The position numbers were made by a program, and so were the translations under genes. Of a stretch of 64,000 nucleotides of DNA, positions 13,901-25,454 are shown one piece after another (position 1 is the first letter of the stretch; every line of letters begins with the position of its first letter). This DNA is from Podarcis bocagei. Lineage: Eukaryota. The notes below the pieces were generated by a model, which had not been told where the DNA came from, did not search any database, and was given only the letters and a program-made list of their open reading frames with translations. The DNA is taken from assembly GCA_964188305.1 (NCBI GenBank), contig OZ076886.1. One strand, written 5' to 3'.

Positions 13901-16607
13901 TGCAGTTATTCCTTTGGAGAAATTAGGCGGAGCACTTGCTGGTCTGCTGTTGCAGCAGAAGTTAAACTTTCTTCCATCACCTATAACTGGGGTCACTAAA
14001 AGTGTTGTCCTGGGTACAATGGCACCCTCGAGGAGTCCCCCTGATGCTCACATGGCCTCAGAGTCCACCCCCCTGCATTGCCCTCTCCATCATGAGGTGG
14101 TGAATGTGATTACCTCCCCATATCTGAAAAAAACACATAAAGGTGAAAGAGGATGTAGGAAGATCAGTGCTCTTTTCCCACTTCCTCCTGCAGATATATG
14201 TACTTTCCAATTTAATCAGAAAAGACAATTTATATATTCAATATACTTATAGCAGGTTAACATATAAGCCACAACATCCTTCCTAATCACACATGCTAGA
14301 TGAACTAAGAATAAGAACCTACACATGTATGTGACTCTGGTTCTTTATTTGCTGAAAGAGCAAGACCAAGGCTTGGCTCTAAATCCCAACATGTGACTCT
14401 AAAATAGGATGGATGCACTGCCTCCTTCCCTTCCCCTCCTCGCTGACATTTGGTGAGGCATCCAAAGCTAGCATCTCCATCGGTTTATCTGTATTTTCTC
14501 CTATAACCCAGATAAATTTTGATTGCCAAGTACTTGCAGTTATATTATTTGTCAATCAGTGCAATTGCTACTACCATCCTAACCAGTGGGAACTGACCTA
14601 CAATGGCTTGTAAACTGAGAACAAGTCTGAGGACATTCATGCATATGAGTAACTGGCAGAGAGTTGTTGCCCTCTGAACTCCCAAGTCTGTGAGAAGTTA
14701 TGAGGTATGAACTACTGCTAAGAGAACAAAGTAGTAAGGATATCCAAAACTCTGATTTTGGCTTCAACATCAGAGCAAACCACTCTTTGATGGAAGGCAC
14801 ACAACACATCTTGTTTCAGCTGCAGTGAGTTAGGCTGTAAAGAAGGCTGTAGTGGATGCTGTTTTGCCAACCATCCAGAACTCAGCATGGTATGCATTCA
14901 GCAAAGTGATAAGTAGGATGCAGCTTGAAGAAAGGGCTAACTACAGCTTGTATTGAATAGGGTTCCTTGATGCCATCTGCTCTCCTGAGCTTTGTGTACA
15001 AGAATTTGGGACAGAATAGTCGTAATTTGTTAAGCGCTGCAAAGGTCAGATGAATAATAGTTAAATATCACAAATGCCACATACAAAGGAGGATTATGAC
15101 ATTAAAGAGCTACAATCATGTTGACAGAAAACATACATTTACTCACTCCTCAAAGGGCACAATCTGTGGCTGTTACGCAGCTTTAGTTTTCCAGGGAAGT
15201 TAAACTAAAAAAAACACAGAAATTTTCTTTGCCCCACCCCCAGCAGAAATAATGAGAACTGGTGTGACTTTTCCCTACAACCATAGGAAGACATCAGCTT
15301 CAAAATGTCCATATTTTGTTCCAGTTTCCAACCTTTCTTCATTACAAGAAGAGTAATGCCAGAAATGACATTCCCCATTAGCTTCCATAGTCATCCATAT
15401 GCATTACAGTTGGCAAAATTTAGAACTATTGCTCTATCTACCCATTTTAATTACCAAAATCCTAGTTGCTTTTAAAATAACAAAGCCTCCTCCCCCCTTG
15501 AGTATTCAGGAGAGCTGAAGATCACCATGGAAATAATAAAATGGTGCCAGAATTTTTTTTGGCACTGATTTACTATACGTCTCCGGAGAGATATACACAA
15601 GGGAGAAAATGGAGGCAATGTTAAAAAGCAGACGTCTTTCCTACAACCCTCCTTTTAAAAATAATTCTATTTTTACTAACACTACATCACAAAGAAAATA
15701 AACACTAATATACTGTGAAAGCATGTTTTTTCTAATGAAGCTGGAATATCAATCACTTGTTCCAAGGTGAAAATCAGATTAATTGGGGTCTTGGCATATG
15801 AAATTCATTTATTAACTCAGTTTCATTCATTCATTTTTATTTTATTTTTTGTAATTTTGACAAATAGTGAAACTCATCATAAGGCCAATGATAATGGCAC
15901 AGCCCTCCAACTAGATTGAAAAAATGCTATTTGCTATATGTAGCACCATTTCCTTACTGTCATGACCACCTTTTTTACTTCAGATGTTGTTTGACTCCAG
16001 CTCCCAACAACTGCAGCCAGCAATGCTGATCGCCACATTTCCCATCCACGCAGTAACGCCTGTAAGCTACATGGAGGTTGTGCTTATCCCTCTGCTAGTG
16101 CCAAATAGCAGTGACACTGCTATTTGAGACCTTGGGGTCTCAAATTTTAGTAGCACCCTGTGTGACATCCAAATTCTGTGAATGCCCCCCCCTCACCTTC
16201 CATTCTATATCAAAGTTCTAGAACCCCTGAGGCTCTGCATCCAGTGCAATTGAACCAGTTGCACTCCCCTAAATCCACCTCTCTCAATAGCTCAAGTGGC
16301 AGATGGGCAATTGCCAGGATCAGCATTGATGTAACAATCTAAAAAGGGGATTGATCAGAAATTGTTGCACAACCTCCTCCAAGCTCTTAGTGGTGCTTCC
16401 TATGCTTCGTGCTAAATCACACGACCAACACTGTGTGAAGTTGCTAGCTAAATGAAGCCTTATAAGAAAGTGTTTATTTGGCTATACACTGCTTAAGCAT
16501 ATACACAGCACATGAGATGAAATTTATTTTATACCATTGGCAATTACATTTCCCATGATGCACTGTGAATATACATGAATTGTGCTTTTGTCAAGGAGAT
16601 GTATTAA

Positions 16608-16770
16608 TTGAGGCAGCAATGGTTCCAGAAATGCTGGAATCCACAAGAGGGGAAAGTAGCTGAAAAAGTGCTCATGTTGTGCTTCCTAAATTCCCACAGG
16701 CATCTGTTTGGCCACTGTGAGAAAAGGATGCTGGACTAGATGGGCCACTGGCCTAAATCCAGCAGGCTAT
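16608..16770 (+). mobile_element. CR1 3' UTR remnant
   Basis: GGCATCTGTTTGGCCACTGTGAGAAAAGGATGCTGGACTAGATGGGCCACTGGCCT..TCCAGCAGGCT resembles the sauropsid CR1 3' end. Confidence 0.65.
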
Positions 16771-19620
16771 GGTGGTGTTCTCATTCTCATTCTGCAACAC
16801 AATATTCACATTAAGTATGTTTTTGCTAAAACTTCCCTCCCACATTCCCTATCCTCAAAAATAAGTTTTATGAGGAGTAAAGCCTTGTGTGTATGTGTGT
16901 GTATATTTGTTCTTGAACAGGGATAAATATGCTCTAAACCATTTTTATACAGGAAAAGGAAGATACTCAATGGCTATGATGCTTAGGATTGCATATAGGC
17001 CTTTTCTCTTTTGAACAAAGGCCATGGCTCTCCAATATTAAATGAATTCACAATGTCTGTAAGAATACCAATACAGTACTACTAGAGAGGTCAAAAAGGA
17101 TTCTGAGGCTGTGCACACTAATGAGGATACTTCAAGAGATATTATGAGGAGCACTAAAAGGATAGAAATGAAACTGTATTGTAAAAGCAGAAATCCAGAT
17201 ACTCTCATAAGAAATAAGTATGTATTATTGTTTCCTTCAAATAGCATATTCAGAGATTGCATTGTGGATAACAGAAATGACCATGATAATCAATATTATT
17301 CACACATAGCAATATATGTTTTAGTATCATAACTTGATGTCAGGAAGGAAATCTAAAATGTGTCCACACCCTAGGTCCAACAATACATTATATAGTAATC
17401 ACAATGTTTGAACTTGTTCTTCTACAAACAGCCAGATCGGTTGCTTGATTTGGAATGGAAATCTGGCATAGGGGTTGGGGCAATTAAACCTTTGTGCCCC
17501 ACTGTAGTTCAACATGGGGGAGGAAACTCCTATTAATTTCAGTGGGAGCCTTTCTGTGATACAAGTAGGAGGTATGCCTGCAGCACTGATCAGGACTTCA
17601 GTGGCAACCAAAGGATTAAAGTCTCCAAATTCCTCTCCCTACCAGAGTCACAATCTGGACCTTTGCCTAAAATCTATTGAAGAACAATCCTTGAATCTTT
17701 ATTGAAAAACAACATGATTAATTTGAAATGTAGCAACCTGGAGCAAGGCTTAGATGTTGAATGGATCTTGTGGAGAAGAATATATGAAGAAGGCAGTCCT
17801 CAAGTGTTCAAAAATATTCAAATTGCTCTGTGACATACATGTACATATGGGTCAGATAGTCAATAGTTTTGTGGAGTAGATATTTTGGATTTATTGAGAA
17901 AGATATGTCTTGAAGGTTAGAAGAGTGAAAGCTTGCAGTCCTTGTGTTTCTGGTTCAAGGAAAGAGCAACAAGGCATGTTCAGGTGAAATGTTAAACTTG
18001 GGCATGGGGAGTGGTAGCATGCAAGACCTGCCCCTAACATTTACAGGTGTGCAGCCTCATCTTTGGACTTCTGCACAAAGGTCTGAAGAGGGTTTCTAAG
18101 CATGTTCCAATTAGACAGTGCTCCCAATCACAGGAAGATTTGTTAGCGTGTTTAGGAGAATATTCTTGGAAACCTCCTTCTGACCTCTGAATTAATTTAA
18201 TGAAGGTTTGAATATGGGACAATGGTACTTGGTACATTGTGGGCAGGGCTTGTGTCTGTGCCACAATGTTTTCTTATATGAAGGTGAATACTAAAATCTG
18301 CTTACTGTGTTGCGGCACCAGGAGGACATCTAACTCTTCCCAGTCCCAGAATAAACCAATGAGTGGCCAACAGTTTTCCTGTTCTAAAATCACAGAAACT
18401 CTGATCCAGACAGAATTTGACAATTAGAGCCTCTCAAAACACTGCAAATCTTCTCATGATCCATCAACAAAGGTTAGCTGAAGTTGTGCTCCATCTGCCC
18501 TGTCTCTGTCACTGGAGGAAAAGTGGTGCCAGAATTGACAGATATTTCCAGCAAGATCTCACCAAAAACACATGAGTTCTTGAGAGTGTGAAATCCCATG
18601 TGATATTGCCGTGATCTCACCCAAAATTAGTATAAATGCCTGCAGCACTTCTCCACCAGTAGAGGTAGCACAGGAGACAGTAGCACGGCAGCACTTCCCA
18701 TTTCACCTCAAGCAGCGAAATGGGATGTGCTGCCCCAGCCAGGAAAGTTTTTCTTAAACAGCCTTGCCACTGCTTATTTTAGGCCTGATAAAACAGCTTC
18801 CTCTCTGAGAGTAACATTGACCACAGCTATTCCCACTTTTATAAACCAATAAGGACCATTGTTGAGAATGCATGAAGTAAGCCTCCAAGAATCCTGTCCA
18901 TATCCTTGAGCTCCATGAATTGAAAAGTATCTACAAGAACTGGGCATGCAGGTATCAAAGCTACAGAAACTGAATCTGCAGCTTTATTGCCACAAAGAGT
19001 TCTGGAAGTGAGACTGGACTAAGGGGGAAGAAATACCATTGCAAACGGAATACAGTATAGTCTCTTTGGTTGTCCAATGTACATCACTGAACTACAATCA
19101 TATACTTTTTCAGTTATGTACAGTAAAAACAGCTCTGACTAAGCAGGCTTTCTCACTCTCCTAGTAAATAATCCGTATGATAATTTGTAGACACAATTCT
19201 TCATTTATATTCATACTGGGGGGATTTTTCTCAAAACTGCATATCCTATATTTTAGAATAATTTAATTGTAAATAATATATTGAAACACTGAAAGAAGGA
19301 AATTGCAAGGGTTCAGAAAGCATTCAATTATTATTCTAGAACACAGGGAATGTCTATCCTTCTGTCTTAAAAAAACCCTCACCTCTGTAATGAACTTAAA
19401 TCTACATCTAGTGGTGTCAATGGTAAGTTATAGAAGACACCAGTGGAAGCAGCTTTCTATTCTGCCCTTTAATTTTCTGGGCAATTATTAATGTAAAAGA
19501 GCCAGCCATCTTCAATTTCTAAAATTAGACAACCATTCCCTAATATTACATATTGATAACAAAATATTAAATTATTTTTAAGCTGTCAGCTTATTGGACA
19601 CCACACAATTTCTAGATTTA

Positions 19621-19862
19621 CAGTGGTATCTCGGGTTACAGACGCTTCAGGTTACAGACGCTTCAGGTTACAGACTCCGCTAACCCAGAAATAGTACCTC
19701 GGGTTAAGAACTTTGCTTCAGGATGAGAACAGAAACTGCGCCACGGCAGTGCAGTGGCAGCGGGAGGCCCCATTAGCTAAAGTGGTGTCTCAGGTTAAGA
19801 ACAGTTTCAGGTTAAGAACGGACCTCTTGAACGAATTAAGTTCTTAAACAGAGGTATCGCTG
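19621..19862. mobile_element. Tc1/mariner (Tigger/pogo-like) MITE, 242 bp
   Basis: TA TSD on both sides (19619-19620, 19863-19864); imperfect TIRs CAGTGGTATCTCGGGTTA / TAAACAGAGGTATCGCTG; internal tandem GGTTACAGACGCTTCA and repeated GGTTAAGAAC subterminal motifs. Confidence 0.88.
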
Positions 19863-21958
19863 TATACAGAAGAGATGCCAGTACCATACAATACAATCAT
19901 TTGCTTCTCTATTTAGTTAAGAGTTTAAAATAATACAGTAATTTAAATGCTCTATGAAGTCCATACATTCCCACACTGGAATAAGATCCTTGTGCTGTGT
20001 TTTAATAGGAAGGGCAACTTATCACTTCTTTTTATCACATGAAAATCTTGTACTGATTTGATAGCGATAGAGGATTTATTTTAGCAATTAATAATTATGT
20101 GTTTATCTGTTTTCAAATAAAATCAGAACTTTTCATGTAAAAACAGAAACACGTATATAAAAACAAGGGGATATAAGAAATCCATGCTGCCTGCTAGAAA
20201 CAAGTTATTACAGGCACAATCAGGCGACATCGCAGCCACAGAACTTCCATAATCAGCATGCTAGTGCATTCTGCCAAATCAGTTCCACTGTGTGCCTCCT
20301 CTAGTATGAGTGAGAGCAACCATCTATAAGCCTTGGCTTACTGTGACGTCTGAACAGGAGCTTGTGGCTTGTTTCTCTCCAAACAAACTACAATATGAAG
20401 CTAAGGTTTGTTCTTGGCTTCCCAACTGTGGTTTGTTTAGGGAAAATAAACCACAAGTGCTGGCTTGGATGTCATGGTTTACCAGATTCGTTGTTTTTGC
20501 TCATGAAAGGGGAGAAGCACAGTGAGAGCTATTTGGCAGCATGCAGGAGCATGTTGCTCACTCATCCAGTTATAGCCTGTACACAGTTATCCATTGTTCT
20601 ATATTTTAATAAAGCATTTTCAAGCTCAAATAACTGTGCATAACCATTGTCTTCCAATTTCAAATATAGGGAGGGACCGTGTCCTTAAAAAAATGACTTC
20701 TATAGCTTTATAAGGAATCATTTTGCCAAATGTTATTTTAACTTTATAGTTTCATTCAAGGAGCTTGTCTATCTATATGTATTCGAAGAAAATTGTGCAG
20801 TCAACCCTAAAGCTTTGAAGGATAACCCTCTAATTTATTATCTCGTTTAAATAATAAGTTAATAAATGAATTTGCTTAATGATAAATAATGCTACTTCAG
20901 TTGCTACCGCACCATCATACCTACAGCTCCTTGATAAAATCATGCTGTTCAACCAGTTTCAGAAACGTATATGTATTCTACTCAACACTAGCAACAAATC
21001 CCATTTGTCTTGAGATGACCATTCATATATTCTGTTATTAACTGAAATACTTATTCTGGACTTCTCTGTATTGTACTGAACTCCCATTACTGAGCAGCAG
21101 TTCTGTCAATTATAAATAGAATTAATATGTTTTACTGAAGTCACGTCTTTCTTATTAATTTCCTAAAGCATTCTGCAAAATTATGTGCAACTAGCATTTA
21201 TGCTGCCAGGCAACAGTACTGATTCCAAAAATTAAGCAATCCTCCACCCCCAATTAGTGGGTAATTCAAGGTAACAAAAAAAAAAAGTTTTATTTCTTAC
21301 TCTGATAGGTTCACTGTCTGGATTACAGTTGTTGAAAACAAAGTGGGTACCAGCGCATTAAGGAGGCAACCAAGTATAGCAGCTGGCTTCATGCACAGCA
21401 TGAGTCATATCATAACAGCAGGATATGCCAGAAACATTAAGAAACATGCTGCAGGAGATCCTAACTGGAACTTGTGGGCACAAGAACAACAAGAGTAAAT
21501 GATACAAAGGATGACAATAATTTAGCAGGATAGCATTTGTTCAGAAGGCAAGATTCTACTTCTGTCTTTAATAATAAATAAAAAGTTCAAAGAGTTTAAG
21601 TTAGAATAATTTTGTTGATTTCATAAGTGACTGAAACCTGTATTCACTGTTGTGTACAAATAATCTAATCTATAATAATCAAAAGCTTGAACATCTTGAT
21701 TTTTTTATGTTACATACAGATACTGCATGTAACGTATCCATTTTGAACTTGTTTGAACTCTCCATTATCATACATGAATCATACATGAAGAACCAGTATC
21801 TCTTCCCTGGTTCTTCTTCATGTATGATTAGAAGTACAGGCAGAGCTCATCTTACATTGATTTTACATATGCAATCACAGCTTTATGCAGATAGCAGAAA
21901 ATATAAAAAATAAAAAGGGGTGGTAGAGTGGGGTGGGGCATGACCCATAAGGGCCACC

Positions 21959-22112
21959 TGAGATCTCGCGGGAGCCCTCATGCAACTTTCCCACAGCCTT
22001 CAAAGCGGGGAGGTGGGGGGACTTAAAACCTCTTTCCACTCCAAGTTTCCCTGCTGCTGAAACACCTTGGAAGGTTGCACGAGACCTTTGGGGAAGCTCC
22101 TGCGAGATCTCA
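21959..22112. repeat. Palindromic core of a probable non-autonomous DNA element
   Basis: 17-bp inverted repeat TGAGATCTCGCGGGAGC (21959-21975) / GCTCCTGCGAGATCTCA (22096-22112), 16/17 match, plus an inner TGCAACTTTCC / GGAAGGTTGCA pair. Confidence 0.65.
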
Positions 22113-22963
22113 TGAGAGATCTGTCCCCATCATCTAGTGATCAGAAGATTCCGAACAAAGAAGTTCCATTTAGCCATCAGCGTTTACTCTCCCTGCCTCT
22201 TTTTCCTTCTACCTACCATGCTGCTTCCTATAATCCCTGGAACTGTTTTCAACATGGAAAGTAGTAAATTTAAAATTGTATGAATGAGTTTATCTCAATA
22301 TAATTTCTTCTCTTCTTGGCTATCTCTTTTCCCAGTCTTTACTGAGCACATTTTCTGACTGATTATGCTCTTTACGCTATAAACCTATACCCTTCCTCAT
22401 TTTATTTCACACAGATCCCCTCACTTTATTTTTGAAGTGTGAGTGAAAGAATAAAAAAGTATGACTGAGAGGCTATTTGGATGTTAATAATAGGAGAAAG
22501 TTTAATTTCTTGTGTTGGTGTATATTATTAACGCTTGAAGTGGGACTTGTGTATACCTTTTGCTTGTGCTTTCAATGTGTGAGTCACCACTTTCAACATT
22601 CTTGATAGTCACAAATATAGTAGTGCAACTTATGCTTCCTGTATTTGGCACAAATCATCAAAAACCAATGACAATGTAAAAAAGGTGGGTTTCAGGAAAC
22701 GATACCATTCTTTTTCTCTAAATTTATACACACAGAAAATAAAATAGAAAAGGTTTAGGTCTTCATGCTTTATAAGAATTGTATCTTAAGTATAATTACA
22801 CCTATTTCTGTCCTAAGGTCATCTCTTTTCAATAATAGAACCATGTCACTATCCATGAAAACTTCCAATTTTCAAAGACATGTAAAACATGTTGAAAATA
22901 TGATCTGCATTCAATCTAAACACTTACGAACACTGATGAATTCAGCTCTCCCCATCACTATCC

Positions 22964-23115
22964 TAAGAACATAGGAAGTTGGGCTACCTAGCTCAGTAAA
23001 CACGAATCAGCCGTGGCTTACCAGGGTTTCAGATGTGTGACTTTTCACAATTCTACCAGTAGATGCTGGGAACTGAATTCGGGACCTTTTGCATGCAAGA
23101 CATGGGTTCTACCCT
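22964..23115 (-). mobile_element. Degenerate tRNA-derived SINE with CR1-like tail
   Basis: Minus strand GGTAGAACCCATGTCTTGCATGCAAAAGGTCCCGAATTCAGTTCCCAGCATCT is a tRNA-like head; it ends in CTTCCTATGTTCTTA. Confidence 0.6.
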
Positions 23116-23986
23116 CCCCATCTGTAGACAATAAAAATAAGGATCAACTGGGGAAAGTAAAGAATTGGTGTGTTCACCCATCACTTTCTTGTGCTGGAAA
23201 TGCAAGCTTCACTGACTATATAGTTTCAACACAGAGCAAATAAATGCTGGTTAACAATGTATTAGTTTAGAACTGGTGATAGTTCAGGGGTTTAAAAGAG
23301 TTTACTCAAGTTTGCTATGTAGTATTTTATCTAACTGTATATTGTGTATTTTCTTCTATGTAAAATGTGGAGCTATTTCCTTCCATGAGAACAGCTGGAG
23401 ATCATGTGCTGGATGTATCAATCACTAGACATTTAAACACTAATCTTATGCTACTTCCTTCTTTCTTTCGCTCGATAATTTTATTGCTTTGGCACATTAT
23501 TTCCTTTAACCACAGATGAGTGCTCAGCTGGCCTTACAATTTACGATGTAATGCATGAGACCCCCAAACTTTTGCCTAATACCAGATTTCAGAAAAAGTA
23601 TGAGCTTTATCCACGGTACTTAAAAAAACCGAACAACCTAGCACAGGGCATGTTCACTAAATCAAGTAATTCTTCATGGGGTGGGCACTGAATTGCTTCG
23701 AGAAATACTAGTTATCTAAAAACAATCTAAATGAATAATAATAATATAATGGTCTTGACTGAAGTAGTTTTAGTACTGTTCTTGGCATAATGACAGTAAT
23801 TTAAAACACTTCTAAGCTGCAGCCTATTTTGTAAAGTGTTGACATACCAACTTATTCATTTCTATTCTGTTTACAAAGTATAGATAAGTTAGGAAAGCAT
23901 GAGGTTTCTTTCTGGAGGTGCTTGAAGAAAGTCTCTTGGCATTAAAAAATAATAAAAAGAAAGCTAATGAAACCACACAGAGTGAT

Positions 23987-24174
23987 NNNNNNNNNNNNNN
24001 NNNNNNNNNNNNNNNNNNNNNNNNNNNNNNNNNNNNNNNNNNNNNNNNNNNNNNNNNNNNNNNNNNNNNNNNNNNNNNNNNNNNNNNNNNNNNNNNNNNN
24101 NNNNNNNNNNNNNNNNNNNNNNNNNNNNNNNNNNNNNNNNNNNNNNNNNNNNNNNNNNNNNNNNNNNNNNNNNN
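23987..24174. other. Assembly gap (188 N)
   Basis: Run of N. Confidence 1.
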
Positions 24175-24444
24175 TGCTGAAGATGTTGCATCCTTCTTCA
24201 GAAGTCCAACAATTACCAATTTAATGTTAACTAATCCTCATCCATAGTCAAGATAGCAAACCTAACCTGAGCTTTCTGAGTCTGCTTTTCATAGTGTATG
24301 CACAGGGGGGGGGGAATGGGATGAAATAATTTATTATTTGCTGTGACATTGCTTATTACTGTCATTTCAGAGTACTTTGACTAAGAAAGATACCATGGTT
24401 TCTGCAAAGGAGATATTATTCAACACATGTTGATGATTTTTACC

Positions 24445-24480
24445 ACTACTACTACTACTACTATTACTACTACTACTATT
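24445..24480. repeat. (ACT)n microsatellite
   Basis: Direct reading. Confidence 0.93.
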
Positions 24481-24776
24481 ATAATTTTAAGACAAATGCT
24501 GTCATCTGTTTTTTGCCTAATGTTTAATCTTTTTAAACTTTTTCATTTTTATATGACATTAAAAGCAAATTGTAAAACCAGAAAAAATAATACAGAAAGA
24601 AACAAAACGCAGATAAATAAATACATATAATCGATGGCTTAAATCCAGACTTATCACCTGCCCTTCATCTATTTGTGTCGCTGCTGCACAGTGGGCTGAG
24701 GAAGCAGAAGCAGGTGGTGAAGTCAGCAGAGCACAAACGTACTGGCAGGAGCTTTGGACTGGCTCCACCCTCACTG

Positions 24777-24837
24777 CCACCCTTCACTCTGTCCCTCCAC
24801 CCTTCACTCTGTCCACTCCACCCTTCACTCTGTCCCT
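24777..24837. repeat. Minisatellite, 3 copies of 20-21 bp CCACCCTTCACTCTGTCC(A)CT
   Basis: Direct reading. Confidence 0.9.
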
Positions 24838-25317
24838 GTTTTCTCCGTAGGCAGCAGCAAAGCATACAGAGAGTAGGCGAATGGTACAGCTCCACTACAC
24901 CTTCTGAAACTGATCGTGGCTAGCAAGTCCCATTAATTCCAGTGGATCTACTCTAAACATGCCCAAGTACAGATGCAAACCTGTATGTTGTGGTTTCCTG
25001 GCTGCAGCATAAAGCAAGAAAGGCCATCCATGTTTTCCCTTCCCAGATTAATATTTCAATTCATAAGATAGTTTTGTCATTATCATAAGGTCCTGACTCC
25101 TAACTCTCATGGTCCTCAGAACTCCTTGCTCTCAAATTAGTTCAATAATATATAATGTCATGTTCAAACACTGCAGTGAATTGTTCATTTAAAGGATCCT
25201 ATGGAAATTAGGAGAAGACACAGGCATCCTTGATATGTGTGTTCCATCAACAAAATAGTCTCCCAAACACAACTGCTCAAACAGCTTGGCTCCCGAACAA
25301 ATCAGCTCTCGAACGCC

Positions 25318-25454
25318 GCAAACATGGTTTGCAAACATTTTTTGGAAACCGAACTTCTGACGCAGCTTCCACTTGACTGCAGGAAGCTCCTGCAGCCAAC
25401 TGGAGGCTGCGCCTTGGTTTTCAAATGGCTCTGGGAGTCTAATGGACTCCCAGA
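25318..25454. other. Cluster of inverted repeats / predicted structured element
   Basis: 24-bp arms 25361-25384 / 25388-25411, extended by 25341-25352 / 25414-25425. Perfect 10-bp stem 25430-25439 / 25445-25454. 6-bp stem GCAAAC-ATG-GTTTGC at 25318-25332. Confidence 0.8.

Noticed and set aside
19634-19820. CRISPR-like spaced repeats (GGTTACAGAC / GGTTAAGAAC)
   Set aside because: These are irregularly spaced subterminal repeats of a Tc1/mariner MITE in a vertebrate genome.
23824-24247. ORFs spanning N runs (also 55197-55504)
   Set aside because: Artefacts of assembly gaps.
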